64,000 nt of DNA from Oceanispirochaeta sp. (GCA_963663385.2 CAXXXD010000002.1:1088001-1152000), one strand, 5' to 3'. Counted from the first letter of the stretch, positions 48,021 through 57,909 are shown. The notes: generated by a model from the letters alone, not told the origin. Made by a program: numbers and translations.

Positions 48021-48034
48021 AGGACATATGTCCT
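48021..48034. promoter_or_regulatory. Perfect palindrome, probable operator of the adjacent Crp/Fnr regulator
   Basis: AGGACATATGTCCT between the divergent DMT and Crp genes. Confidence 0.65.
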
Positions 48035-48047
48035 GTTCGAGGTGTTT

Positions 48048-48704
48048 ATGGAAAAATATTTTCCCGCAGGCCCTGTGGTCCCGGATGAATTGAAGGGGAT
48101 TGTTAAGGAAATCCACTATGCACCCGGTTCCATCCTGTTCCGTCCGGAGGATCCTGCAGAAAAATTCTACTATATCCTTAGCGGGCGGCTCCAGATTTTC
48201 TATCTTATGCAGAACAGCTGGGTTCATACCATCCGGTTCTATAAAAGCGGTGATATGATGGGGGATCTGGAACTTTTTTACCCGGATCTTCATGACTGTT
48301 TCAGCCGTACTATCACAAAGTCTGTGTGCCTGGAGATTCCCATGGAAAAACTCCGGACCTACCTGAACAGCCATCCTGAGCTGTTGTGGGAAATGGGGCG
48401 GTCCATAGCGGAAAAACTGAGAAAAAACGGAATGATTCAGGCCGCCTGGATGCGTTATCCCCTGAGGAATCGGCTGGCTTCCTATTTTCTGATGATGGAC
48501 CAGCTGCAGGAACAGGATAAGGTTTATCAGGAGCTTCATACCGATTCCTATAACGAACTGGCGGCTCTATTGGGATGCAGTTACCGGCATTTAAGCCGGA
48601 CCATGGGAGATATGGAGAAGGACGGGCTTATCAGGAAGGGCAGAAAAAAACTCGACCTTACCGACCGGTCCCGTTTGAGAGAGCTCGCAGGAGAGATGGA
48701 GTGA
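48048..48704 (+). CDS. Crp/Fnr-family regulator (YeiL-like)
   Basis: MMGDLE, YPLRNRLAS and HTH LAALLGCSYRHLSR. Start at MEKYF after GAGGTG. Confidence 0.8.
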   Translation: MEKYFPAGPVVPDELKGIVKEIHYAPGSILFRPEDPAEKFYYILSGRLQIFYLMQNSWVHTIRFYKSGDMMGDLELFYPDLHDCFSRTITKSVCLEIPMEKLRTYLNSHPELLWEMGRSIAEKLRKNGMIQAAWMRYPLRNRLASYFLMMDQLQEQDKVYQELHTDSYNELAALLGCSYRHLSRTMGDMEKDGLIRKGRKKLDLTDRSRLRELAGEME

Positions 48705-49942
48705 ATGCCGCAGATACTGATTTGAAGGGGAAGCAGGATATTGTCTGGAACAGTTCCTGGCTAACTACCCTGCCTTCCGTTCTCCTTCAGGGAATCTCGT
48801 GTATGCAGTTTTTTCTGATTCGTTCCACTATTATAAAAAGCAGCCACTTCGCCTGGCAGTTTCCCATTTTTCTGGGTATTTCGCTGATGGTATCCCTCTA
48901 TATGGGCGTTTTCCGGCGGGCTGTCCCTCTGGCTCTGGTTATCCGGCTGTTCATCATTTTTCTGATCGGTTACCCCCTGGGAAAGCACATATGGCTGGAG
49001 GTTACACTTCTTCTGTCGCTGCTGCTGGAGGCCGGTCTTTTTCTGCGGCTGCCCTGGAACCTGCCTGTCATGATTGGTTCAAGCGTAGCTGTGATCCTGT
49101 TTCAGAAGCCTGTAAGCGCATTTCATACCCGGTTCCCCGGACCCGAAATTCAGGATATCCTTTTTCTTTCTGTGATATCCCTGACGGTTACACTGCTGGT
49201 TTTCTCCATTTCCCTGCATCGTGAGGGACGGAGGAAGGAGCATAAAATTATAGACCGTCTGGACCATGCCATCTCCCAGCTGGGTAAAGCCAACCTGGGT
49301 TTTCAGGATCTGACTACCAGTATGGAGCTGGAGACTCTTAAAAAGGAGAGAAAGAGGGTCTCCAGGGAAATCCATGATACTGTAGGCTATTCCCTAACGA
49401 ATATACGGATTATGCTGGAAGCCGCTTCATTTATGATAGACAGTGATAAAACGCAAATACGGGAGCTCCTTGAAAAATCCATGAATGAAGCCGGACTGTG
49501 CCTGGAAGAGACTCGTAATGCCATGCGGCAGCTTCGTTCCAAAGAAGTCAGGCAGGCCAGGGGGATGAAATCGTTTTTTCAGCTGGTAAATGTTTTTGGA
49601 AACGCTACAGGTATTAAGGTTAACCTTGAATTCGGAAATACTCCCGACAGTTTTGGCGATCGAATAGATAAAGCGGTTTTCCGTTTTATACAGGAGGGGC
49701 TGACCAATTCATTCCGCCATGGAAGGGCTACGGTGATCAGTATCTACTTCTGGATTCAGGACGGTATGCTCCGTGTCAGCCTCCGGGACAACGGGACCGG
49801 AGCGGATTCCATAAGCGAAGGGATCGGCCTGGCCGGTATGAAAGAACGCCTGGCGGAACTGAATGGCATCATGTCTTATCAGAATGTAAGCGACGGCTTT
49901 GAGATTATTATTGAAATACCCCTGAACCGGGAGGATGTATGA
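48701..49942 (+). CDS. Membrane sensor histidine kinase (HisKA_3)
   Basis: ERKRVSREIHDTVG, QEGLTNSFRHG, DNGTG and GIGLAGMKER; GTGA overlap with the preceding gene. Confidence 0.88.
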   Translation: MNAADTDLKGKQDIVWNSSWLTTLPSVLLQGISCMQFFLIRSTIIKSSHFAWQFPIFLGISLMVSLYMGVFRRAVPLALVIRLFIIFLIGYPLGKHIWLEVTLLLSLLLEAGLFLRLPWNLPVMIGSSVAVILFQKPVSAFHTRFPGPEIQDILFLSVISLTVTLLVFSISLHREGRRKEHKIIDRLDHAISQLGKANLGFQDLTTSMELETLKKERKRVSREIHDTVGYSLTNIRIMLEAASFMIDSDKTQIRELLEKSMNEAGLCLEETRNAMRQLRSKEVRQARGMKSFFQLVNVFGNATGIKVNLEFGNTPDSFGDRIDKAVFRFIQEGLTNSFRHGRATVISIYFWIQDGMLRVSLRDNGTGADSISEGIGLAGMKERLAELNGIMSYQNVSDGFEIIIEIPLNREDV

Positions 49943-50634
49943 TTCGGGTGCTGATGGTGGATGATCAGGTCCTGTTTGTGGAAACCCTGAAAACAGTTAT
50001 TGAAATGAGGGCGGATGATATGGAAGTTGTCGGCCTGGCCTTTAACGGAAAGGAAGCGATAGAAAAGGCCCGGCTTCATAAACCGGATATTATACTGATG
50101 GATGTGAGGATGCCCGAACTGGACGGGGTTCAGGCTGCCATACAGATACATAAGGAATTCCCGGATATCCGCATCATGATGCTCACCACTTTTGATGATG
50201 ATGCCTATGTTCACGATGCCCTGGCCGGAGGAGCCGTCGGTTACCTTTTAAAGAATATGCCTTCGGCGGATCTGATGAATTCCATCCGGGCCGTAAACAA
50301 CGGTACCCTTCAGATCTCTCCTACTGTCGCCGCCCAGTTGGTCCGGGGAAAAGACGGTCCGGCCGGAGGGGACTGTCAGGCGGAAGAAACAGAAGAGGAT
50401 CTGTACTATGATATTGCTGTCCTGAGCCGGAGGGAACGGGAAATCCTCTATCTTATGTCCAGAGGTTATGATAATACAGCCATCGGTGATAAACTGTTTA
50501 TTGCCGATCAGACAGTAAAAAATCATATCAGCCGCATCTATAATAAACTGGATATTCATGACCGCATGGCTGCCATGAAAGCCGCCCGTCATTCCGATCT
50601 GAAGGAGTATTGCCGTTATCTTTTGGATAGGTAA
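49939..50634 (+). CDS. NarL/LuxR-family response regulator
   Basis: VDDQ, LMDVRMP, LTTFD, GYLLK and LSRREREI..TVKNHISRIYNKL. Confidence 0.93.
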   Translation: MIRVLMVDDQVLFVETLKTVIEMRADDMEVVGLAFNGKEAIEKARLHKPDIILMDVRMPELDGVQAAIQIHKEFPDIRIMMLTTFDDDAYVHDALAGGAVGYLLKNMPSADLMNSIRAVNNGTLQISPTVAAQLVRGKDGPAGGDCQAEETEEDLYYDIAVLSRREREILYLMSRGYDNTAIGDKLFIADQTVKNHISRIYNKLDIHDRMAAMKAARHSDLKEYCRYLLDR

Positions 50635-50663
50635 ATCTTTTTTGCAGGAATGGTTAGTATTGT

Positions 50664-50686
50664 ATTGGTACCGAATAGGTACCAAT
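50664..50686. promoter_or_regulatory. Inverted repeat upstream of the ABC operon, probable response-regulator site
   Basis: ATTGGTACC-N5-GGTACCAAT. Confidence 0.6.
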
Positions 50687-50750
50687 CTGTTATCCTCCTG
50701 TACAACGACCTGTTTTATAATGGTCAATAATAAACCCAAAGGAGATGACG

Positions 50751-52127
50751 ATGAAAAAAGTTTTAACAGTTCTGTTAATTTTCCTGACAGGGATGTTCCT
50801 GTTTGCCGGCGGTCAGCAGGAAACTGCCGCATCAGCTGTTCAGGAAGGCCCTGTCGAAATCGATTACTGGACATCCCATACCCAGTCTGATAGACAGGCT
50901 ACGATACAGGTTCTTATTGATACCTTTGAAATAATGAACCCCGATATAAAAATTAATCTGATCGCTGTTGACGAGAATGACCTTCCCACAAACCTGAACA
51001 CGGCTGCGGCAGCAGGTACAATGCCGGCCATAATAGAATGTGCCGCAGAAAATGCCGTGGCATTCGGTTCTGAAGCTTTACTGGATTCGGCTGCTGCCAC
51101 CGATGTGATTGGCATGATAGGCAGGGATGAGTTCTATGCGGGAACCCTTAAGCTTGTGGAATCCGAAGAAAAGGGTGTATACAATGCCGTCCCCTTTCAC
51201 GGGTGGGTTCAGGGAATCTGGTACAGGGCGGACTGGTTTGAAGAGGCCGGTCTGGAACCTCCGACAACCTGGGAGAATATTAAAAAAGCTGCCGAGTATT
51301 TTTATCAGCCCGATAAAAACCAGTACGGAATCCTTGTGGGTACCAAAGTGGAAACCTATGCCGAACAGTGTTTTACCCAGTTTGCCATGTCTAATGGCGC
51401 CGGTCTGTTCGATAAAGAGGGGAACCTTGTTTTTAATTCTCCCGCTATGAAGGAAGCTCTGGAATTCTATGCGGAACTGGCAAAATACAATCCTCCCGGA
51501 CCACAGACATGGAGAGCACGGGATTACTATATTCAGGGTAAAATGGCCATGTTCTTTTATTCCACCTATATTATGGATGATCTGGCCCTGGCGGAAGTGG
51601 CGGCCGGTTCGTTGACAAGTGAGAACTTTGAAGATCTGGCCGGAACCAGTTTTGATCCCGAACTGGTAGAGAACACCCGTATGGTTTCCACCATTTCAAA
51701 CAAAGAGGATGCCGGCTATGGTGTGGTTATGTCAATTGCCATGCCTGCTCATGGGGACAGCGCAAAAACAGAAGCGGCCAAGAAGTTCCTGAGATACCTG
51801 TATACTCCCAATGCCTATATCACCTATATGCATATGCAGCCCGGCGGGATTAATCCCGTATTAAAGGATATTGCAACCAACGAACGTTTTCAGAACGACC
51901 CCAACGGTATCTTTAAAAACTACGGCAAGGAGAAAATGGCCGAAATCATTGCCGGTCTGGACAATATAGAAACCTTCAGCATTGTGGAGGGAAACAGAAT
52001 CCCCGCAGCCAGCACGATTTATTCCAAAATGATTATACCGGAAATGATATATAAGATTACCCAGGAAAAGATGGATATAGACAGCGCCATGGCCTGGGCC
52101 GAACAGGAAATGATCAAACTGAAATAG
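50751..52127 (+). CDS. Carbohydrate ABC transporter substrate-binding protein (YcjN-like)
   Basis: Spirochaete-type signal MKKVL...LFAGGQQE; AVPFHGWVQGIWYRADWF; MFFYSTYIMDD. Confidence 0.85.
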   Translation: MKKVLTVLLIFLTGMFLFAGGQQETAASAVQEGPVEIDYWTSHTQSDRQATIQVLIDTFEIMNPDIKINLIAVDENDLPTNLNTAAAAGTMPAIIECAAENAVAFGSEALLDSAAATDVIGMIGRDEFYAGTLKLVESEEKGVYNAVPFHGWVQGIWYRADWFEEAGLEPPTTWENIKKAAEYFYQPDKNQYGILVGTKVETYAEQCFTQFAMSNGAGLFDKEGNLVFNSPAMKEALEFYAELAKYNPPGPQTWRARDYYIQGKMAMFFYSTYIMDDLALAEVAAGSLTSENFEDLAGTSFDPELVENTRMVSTISNKEDAGYGVVMSIAMPAHGDSAKTEAAKKFLRYLYTPNAYITYMHMQPGGINPVLKDIATNERFQNDPNGIFKNYGKEKMAEIIAGLDNIETFSIVEGNRIPAASTIYSKMIIPEMIYKITQEKMDIDSAMAWAEQEMIKLK

Positions 52128-52201
52128 GAATCCAATATTAACAGGGGAGCGTTATTGAGAGTTTTCTCCGGAAGACGCTCTCCTTTTTCCGGAGTTTATC
52201 T

Positions 52202-53092
52202 ATGAAATCAATGCTTCAGTCTTCGGGGCTGGATTACAATAAAAGGGAAGTGTATCTGGGATGGGGACTGGTATTCCCTTCCGTCTTTATAATCCTCTCA
52301 CTTATCCTTTATCCCATTGTGTACAATATCTATCTCAGTTTTTTTGATGTCAGTCCGGGGGGACCCAATACCTTTACCGGTCTTGAAAACCATCGGTCTG
52401 TGGTGATGGATGTTTTTTTCTGGAAGTCAGTGGGGACGACCGTCCTCTATGTATTTTTTACTACCGCCGGCACAACGCTGATGGGACTGATAGTAGCGCT
52501 TGTTATGAATCAGGAGTTCCCCCTGAGGGGGCTTGTCAGGAGCCTGGTGCTTTTTCCCTATGTGGCCCCGGTCATCTCAGTGGTTTTCTCCTGGCAGTTT
52601 ATATTTGATCCGGTAAACGGAATTGTCATGGATGTGCTGGTGGAGAGGCTGGGCTGGATGTCCGACAGGGTCAATCTGATCGGAACCCCTTCTTCTGCCG
52701 TCTGGGTCGCCATTCTGTTCAGTATCTGGAAGAATTTCCCCTTTACCTATCTGATGATCCTTTCCCGTCTTCAGGGAATCGATAAAAACCTTTACGAAGC
52801 GGCGGAAGTGGACGGGGCTTCGGGATGGGAGAAGTTCAGATATATCACTCTGCCGGAGATCTACTTTATTACTGGGTCCATTATCCTCCTGAGAGTTATA
52901 TGGAACTTCAATAAGTTTGACGAAGTCTATCTGCTGACCGGAACGAATGTGAAGGTCCTGTCCGTATATACCTACTTCAAGGCTTTTGTGGGAACAATGG
53001 AAATGGGGCAGGGGTCTGCCCTGGCGCTCATTCAGTTCATACTGCTGATCGGGTTTATTATGTTTTATGTCAGGAAGGTGCTGAAATGGTAG
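52202..53092 (+). CDS. Carbohydrate ABC transporter permease (YcjO-like)
   Basis: LFPYVAPVIS, EAA loop LYEAAEVDGA and WNFNKFDEVYLLT. Confidence 0.9.
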   Translation: MKSMLQSSGLDYNKREVYLGWGLVFPSVFIILSLILYPIVYNIYLSFFDVSPGGPNTFTGLENHRSVVMDVFFWKSVGTTVLYVFFTTAGTTLMGLIVALVMNQEFPLRGLVRSLVLFPYVAPVISVVFSWQFIFDPVNGIVMDVLVERLGWMSDRVNLIGTPSSAVWVAILFSIWKNFPFTYLMILSRLQGIDKNLYEAAEVDGASGWEKFRYITLPEIYFITGSIILLRVIWNFNKFDEVYLLTGTNVKVLSVYTYFKAFVGTMEMGQGSALALIQFILLIGFIMFYVRKVLKW

Positions 53093-54048
53093 TTAGAAGA
53101 AGTCTTCCGGGAAAAATCGGGTTTGCTCTCCTGGTCATATTTATTGTTCTGTTCTGTATTTTCCCATTTTTTCAGATGCTTTCCATGTCTCTGAAATACC
53201 AGTGGGATTGGGGAAATCCTTCGCTGATTCCCACTCAGCTGAACTTTGAAGCCTATAAGGAGCTGCTCAATATAGGGCAGGAACTGAAGAATGTTCCCGA
53301 ATCCATAATTCATCTCCTGGAAGAGAATCCTGATCTTACAAAGGCACAGCGATCGGCGATACTCGGGAAATACCAGGCCAGCGGCGATGTGTTTCCTTTT
53401 CCGCGGTATTTCGGGAACTCCCTGACTCTGGCGGGACTGGCGGCGCTGTTCTCTGTTTTTATAGCCATACTGGGAGCCTATTCGTTCAGCCGGTTGAATT
53501 TCCCGGGACGGGCCTCCATACAGAGGGGGGTGCTTTTTGTCTATATGTTCGGGGGAATCCTTCTGCTGATCCCTCTGTATAAAGTTTTTGTCTCCCTGGG
53601 GTTTCTGGCTACCCCTGCGGGAACATTCATCTCCCTTCTTGTTATCTATCTGGTCCAAACCCTTCCTGTTTCCCTCTATATGCTGGGTAACTTTTTTAGA
53701 ACCATTCCCTACTCGATAGAGGAGGCAGCCATGATCGAAGGCGCTTCGAGGGTCGGGATTATCTTTCGGATTATAATCCCCCTTTCCCTGTCTGCCATTG
53801 TGACGGTCTATATTTACGGTTTTATGATTGCCTGGAATGAGTATATGTTCGCTTCGGTTTTTCTGAAAGGGTACAAGGATCTGTATACGCTCCCGATGGG
53901 ATTGAATTCCCTTTTCGTATCAAAAAATGCGGTGTGGGACAGGATTATGTCTGCTTCGGTGCTGACGGCGACTCCCGTGATTGCCCTTTTTATGCTTATA
54001 CAGAAAAACCTGGTTGGCGGGATGTCCGAAGGAGGCGTAAAAGAGTAG
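53086..54048 (+). CDS. Carbohydrate ABC transporter permease (YcjP-like)
   Basis: VYMFGGILL, IEEAAMIEGA, FMIAWNEY and GGVKE. Confidence 0.9.
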   Translation: MVVRRSLPGKIGFALLVIFIVLFCIFPFFQMLSMSLKYQWDWGNPSLIPTQLNFEAYKELLNIGQELKNVPESIIHLLEENPDLTKAQRSAILGKYQASGDVFPFPRYFGNSLTLAGLAALFSVFIAILGAYSFSRLNFPGRASIQRGVLFVYMFGGILLLIPLYKVFVSLGFLATPAGTFISLLVIYLVQTLPVSLYMLGNFFRTIPYSIEEAAMIEGASRVGIIFRIIIPLSLSAIVTVYIYGFMIAWNEYMFASVFLKGYKDLYTLPMGLNSLFVSKNAVWDRIMSASVLTATPVIALFMLIQKNLVGGMSEGGVKE

Positions 54049-54094
54049 CCGTTACTCTATTTTCCCGGGAAAAATCAGCTTATCCCTCTATTCC

Positions 54095-54121
54095 GACCGG
54101 GACAAAGTCCCGGTCTTTTTT
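54095..54121 (+). terminator. Intrinsic terminator after the ABC permeases
   Basis: GACCGGGAC-AAA-GTCCCGGTC-TTTTTT. Confidence 0.8.
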
Positions 54122-54153
54122 ATATACTGAAAAAATTACATGATATTCAAGGA

Positions 54154-55557
54154 ATGAAGATGAATACATTTAAAATAGCTATTGTCTGCGGCAAACTGGG
54201 AGATGTGGACGGTGTCTCCCTGGAAGTTGATAAATGGATAGAAATCCTGTCCGGTCTGGGACATGAAATATATACTGTCGCCGGTTCCTATGCATCTGAT
54301 CTGGAATCGGTTTCGAAAGAGAAGCAGCTTGTGGTTCCCGAACTCCGGTTTGACTCGGATTTTCAAAAGGAAATCGAGCTGGCCATGTTTCCCCATGTTA
54401 TGCCCGGGAAGCGGAACCGGATTAATAAAAAAAAGCAGGATAAGCTTCTGGAAGAGCTGGATATAGCCGGGAATATTGCGGCGGAACATATTCATGACTT
54501 TATTATGGAGCACAAAATCGATGCCCTGATTGCCCAGAATACCAATGCCATGCCCATGACCCTGATTGGGGCTTCTGCGGTCTATAAACTGGCAATGGAA
54601 TACAAAATGGCCGTCATATTTCACCATCATGACTTCTGGTGGGAAAGGAGCCGTTTCAGCGGCAACCTCATGGAGAATCTTCTTCAGCAGATTATGCCCC
54701 CCGGCGATCCCTCTCTGGAACATGTTGTTATCTCCTCCTATGCGGCGCATAATCTCAGAACCATCAAGCGTGTTAACCCTCATATCGTTCCCAACTGTGA
54801 AGATTTTGATAATCCCCCTGTTCCGGATGATTACAACAGGGATTTCAGGGAGGAACTGGGATATGGAAAGGATGATATCCTTTTTGTCCAGCCCACCAGA
54901 ATAGTACCCCGCAAAAGGATTGAGGACTCCATTCTTCTGGTCTCCCGCTTCTGCCAGCTCTACCCCGAAACAAGGGAGCGGGTCCGGTTTATCATCTCCC
55001 TCTATCAGGGGGATGAGCTTGACGACAGCTATGTGGAAAATATCAGGGCCCTGGCAGAACGGGAGGGTGTTACCCTCGATCTGATTGCCGAAAGAGTGGC
55101 CTCCCTGCGGGGAACGGATAAAGAGGGCAGAAAGCTGTATACCAACCGTGATGTTCTGGTTAATGCGGACTTTGTTACCTACCTCCCTATCTGGGAGGGA
55201 TTCGGCAATGCTCTGCTGGAGACCGTGGCCGCACGGGTTCCCCTGGCTGTGGTTACGTATCTGGTGTATAAAACGGATATTATGAACCGCGGCCTGGAGT
55301 GCGTTGAGATCCGGGATGAATATGATGATGAGGGGAATCTGGTTATAACCGATAACTGTCTGAAGCAGATTCATCAAATCCTCTTTGAACCGGGCATCCG
55401 GGAAGTCATGACCGAAAACAGCTTCAAGGCTATGAAAAATGCCTTCGGTATGGATGAGCTTAAAAGACGTTTAATCGGAATCATGGATAGTTACGAAGAC
55501 GAAATCCGGGCATCCAGAAAGAGACTGAGTAAGAAAAACCGTCATTTCGCCGTTTAG
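54154..55557 (+). CDS. GT4 glycosyltransferase, mannosylglucosylglycerate-synthase-like
   Basis: DGVSLE..KW, HHHDFWWER, QPTRIVPRKRIE and WEGFGNALLE. Confidence 0.75.
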   Translation: MKMNTFKIAIVCGKLGDVDGVSLEVDKWIEILSGLGHEIYTVAGSYASDLESVSKEKQLVVPELRFDSDFQKEIELAMFPHVMPGKRNRINKKKQDKLLEELDIAGNIAAEHIHDFIMEHKIDALIAQNTNAMPMTLIGASAVYKLAMEYKMAVIFHHHDFWWERSRFSGNLMENLLQQIMPPGDPSLEHVVISSYAAHNLRTIKRVNPHIVPNCEDFDNPPVPDDYNRDFREELGYGKDDILFVQPTRIVPRKRIEDSILLVSRFCQLYPETRERVRFIISLYQGDELDDSYVENIRALAEREGVTLDLIAERVASLRGTDKEGRKLYTNRDVLVNADFVTYLPIWEGFGNALLETVAARVPLAVVTYLVYKTDIMNRGLECVEIRDEYDDEGNLVITDNCLKQIHQILFEPGIREVMTENSFKAMKNAFGMDELKRRLIGIMDSYEDEIRASRKRLSKKNRHFAV

Positions 55558-55581
55558 ATCAAATCAATTAAGGATGGAATA

Positions 55582-56412
55582 TTGGCAATCCCCATTAAAC
55601 TTGTCGCCTGTGATATGGATGGAACCCTTCTGGATGATAACAAGGAGATTCCTGCCGGGAATATTACAGCCGTACAGAATCTGAAAGAGAAGAATGTTCA
55701 CTTCGTCATTGCCACAGGGCGCCATGACTCCATGATTAAAAGCTATCTGGATGAACTTGGTATTGATATGCCTGTTATCTCCTGCAACGGGGCCATGATC
55801 CGGGAACCCCGGTCGGGAAGGATGTACTCTTCCGTTCCCCTGGAAACGGAACAGATTCTGAAAGTTATCCGTATCTGCAAGGAGTTAGGAGCAGACTACC
55901 ATATCTATGGACGGGATGTCATTTACGGAGAGGCCCTGTCCGGGAAAATGTACTACTATGACCTGCGGAACAGATCCCTTTCTCCTGAAAACAGGATTAA
56001 TCTGTTTGTATCGGAGGATTATGAAAAATTCGTTCGGGAGCAGGAAGGAGCCCTCTATAAGGTTCTGATTCTTCCGGCCCGGGAAGAAGACTTTGCTACG
56101 GTGGAGAAAGCGGTTTTAAGGGAAACAGGGCTGCAGCCTTCTCAATCGGATAAAACCCTGCTTGACGTTATGCAGAAAGGTATAACCAAAGCCTCTGCCA
56201 TCGATAATCTCTGCCGGGAACTGGGAATCCGGCAGCATGAAACCGCTGCTATCGGAGATCACCTGAACGATCTGGATATGATCGAATACGCCGGTACGGG
56301 AGTCGCCATGCAGAATGCAGTGGCATCTGTCAAAGAGGCCGCCCAGCTGGTAACGGAAAACTGCAACAACAATGGCGGAGTGGCAGAGGCGCTGGAAAAG
56401 CTGATCCAATGA
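55582..56412 (+). CDS. Cof-type HAD-IIB phosphatase
   Basis: DMDGTLL, IATGR, SCNGA, ITK and IGDHLNDLDM. Confidence 0.9.
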   Translation: MAIPIKLVACDMDGTLLDDNKEIPAGNITAVQNLKEKNVHFVIATGRHDSMIKSYLDELGIDMPVISCNGAMIREPRSGRMYSSVPLETEQILKVIRICKELGADYHIYGRDVIYGEALSGKMYYYDLRNRSLSPENRINLFVSEDYEKFVREQEGALYKVLILPAREEDFATVEKAVLRETGLQPSQSDKTLLDVMQKGITKASAIDNLCRELGIRQHETAAIGDHLNDLDMIEYAGTGVAMQNAVASVKEAAQLVTENCNNNGGVAEALEKLIQ

Positions 56413-56489
56413 AAACAGACCTCTTTACAGGTTTCTTTAGAATACCTATAATGTAAATTCCGACAAAAATTTAGGGGAAGGAATATTTC

Positions 56490-56696
56490 ATGCCTATAGA
56501 CAGAAGTTTAATTATCCCTCTGGGAGATCTGGTAAATAACGAAGGCAATATGTATGAGCTGACTAATGCAGCCATCCACAGGGCTGCCCAGATCAGTGTT
56601 GCCGGAAGCGAAGACCTTGAAAAAAACAAGGGGAAAATCGTTTCCACTGCTCTTCAGGAAATTATCTCTAAAACAGTTGAATACGAATATCACTGA
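56490..56696 (+). CDS. rpoZ: RNA polymerase omega subunit
   Basis: GNMYELTNAAIHRAAQI...KIVSTALQEI omega pattern. Confidence 0.75.
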   Translation: MPIDRSLIIPLGDLVNNEGNMYELTNAAIHRAAQISVAGSEDLEKNKGKIVSTALQEIISKTVEYEYH

Positions 56697-57618
56697 TCAG
56701 GCCCTGCCTGTAATCTGCCTTTTCGGACCTACAGCGGTCGGGAAAACCGACTTGCTGGAGGAGCTGTTCATTCACACGGGAGAGATTATCAGTGCCGATT
56801 CCATGCAGGTATACCGCCGTATGGATATCGGCACGGCAAAACCCGATAAATCCATTCTGGAAAGACTCCCCCATCATCTGATTGACATCCTGGAATATAC
56901 AACTCAATTTAATGCCGGGGATTTTGTTAAACTGGCGGATCAGGCTGTCAGGGATATTCACGCCCGGGGGCTTGTTCCTGTTATTTCGGGAGGGACAGCT
57001 TTCTATTTCAGGAATTTCCTTTTCGGACTGCCCCGGATTCCAGCGGTTTCGCCGGATATACGGACGGATTTGAACAAAAGGATGGCCCGGGAGGGATTGC
57101 CGGCTCTCCGCAGAGAGCTTGAAGCATGTGATCCCCATACGGCAGACAGGCTTGAACCGGGAGACAGCGCCAGGACGGTCCGGGCGCTGGAAGTTTTTCT
57201 GGGAACAGGGAAACCTCTTTCCGACTTTCCCGTTCCCCGGACACCCCGTTCCGGTTTCCGCTGCCTGATGCTGGGACTTACCAGGGACAGAGCAGAGCTT
57301 TATGACCGGATTAATCGGCGTGTGGATATTATGTTCGGTCAGGGTCTGGCTGATGAAGTCCGATCCCTGATCAGGGAAGGGGCTTCTTTTGATGACCCGG
57401 GTATGAAGGGGATCGGCTATAGCGAATTTGCCTCCCTGTACCGTGACGGCTGCCGGACAATGGAAGATGTGAAGAATCAGATCAAACAGGATTCCAGAAG
57501 GTATGCTAAAAGGCAGATGACTTTTTTCCGGTCCCTGCCGGGGATTGAGTGGTACAACCCTGAGGAAAAAAGAAAAATCAGAGAGCGTATAGCTTTATTT
57601 AACCCGATTACTACTTGA
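56677..57618 (+). CDS. miaA: tRNA dimethylallyltransferase
   Basis: GPTAVGKT, ISADSMQVYRRMDIGTAKP, GGTAFY and YAKRQMTFF. Probable TTG start overlapping rpoZ. Confidence 0.93.
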   Translation: MNTNITDQALPVICLFGPTAVGKTDLLEELFIHTGEIISADSMQVYRRMDIGTAKPDKSILERLPHHLIDILEYTTQFNAGDFVKLADQAVRDIHARGLVPVISGGTAFYFRNFLFGLPRIPAVSPDIRTDLNKRMAREGLPALRRELEACDPHTADRLEPGDSARTVRALEVFLGTGKPLSDFPVPRTPRSGFRCLMLGLTRDRAELYDRINRRVDIMFGQGLADEVRSLIREGASFDDPGMKGIGYSEFASLYRDGCRTMEDVKNQIKQDSRRYAKRQMTFFRSLPGIEWYNPEEKRKIRERIALFNPITT

Positions 57619-57643
57619 CCATTCATCGGCATGTAGGCATAAT
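57615..57643 (+). promoter_or_regulatory. sigma70-type promoter of the small basic protein gene
   Basis: TTGACC-N17-CATAAT. Confidence 0.6.
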
Positions 57644-57725
57644 GTTTTGAGCTCTGATTGCCGGAGATAGTAAATTAAGACCTGGAATCTGTTTTTCAGG
57701 ATTATTCGATAAGGAGATTACGCAA

Positions 57726-57815
57726 GTGCCCTGTGGTAGAAAACGTAAAAGAAAAAAAATTGCGACTCACAAAAGAAAGAAGAAACTGAGAAAGAACAGA
57801 CATAAGCATAAATAG
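57726..57815 (+). CDS. 29-aa basic protein, AURKAIP1/COX24 (bS22/mS38-like) family
   Basis: GTG start after AAGGAG; MPCGRKRKRKKIATHKRKKKLRKNRHKHK*; has its own promoter and terminator; absent from the ORF track. Confidence 0.85.
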   Translation: MPCGRKRKRKKIATHKRKKKLRKNRHKHK

Positions 57816-57854
57816 GTCTACTATTTCATCAGAATTTTAGTGAGAAAAGCAGCA

Positions 57855-57884
57855 GGGCGGTATTGAATAATACCGCCTTTTTTT
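57855..57884 (+). terminator. Intrinsic terminator
   Basis: GGCGGTATT-GAAT-AATACCGCC-TTTTTTT. Confidence 0.85.
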
Positions 57885-57909
57885 GGCTTTCCCCCGATAG
57901 AGGTAAAGT

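Noticed and set aside
54136..55377. 413-aa - strand ORF
   Set aside because: Antisense shadow of the glycosyltransferase; no recognisable domain.
56566..56696. Long overlap of the miaA ORF with rpoZ suggesting a fusion or frameshift
   Set aside because: A TTG at 56677 gives a normal-length MiaA with a 20-nt overlap.
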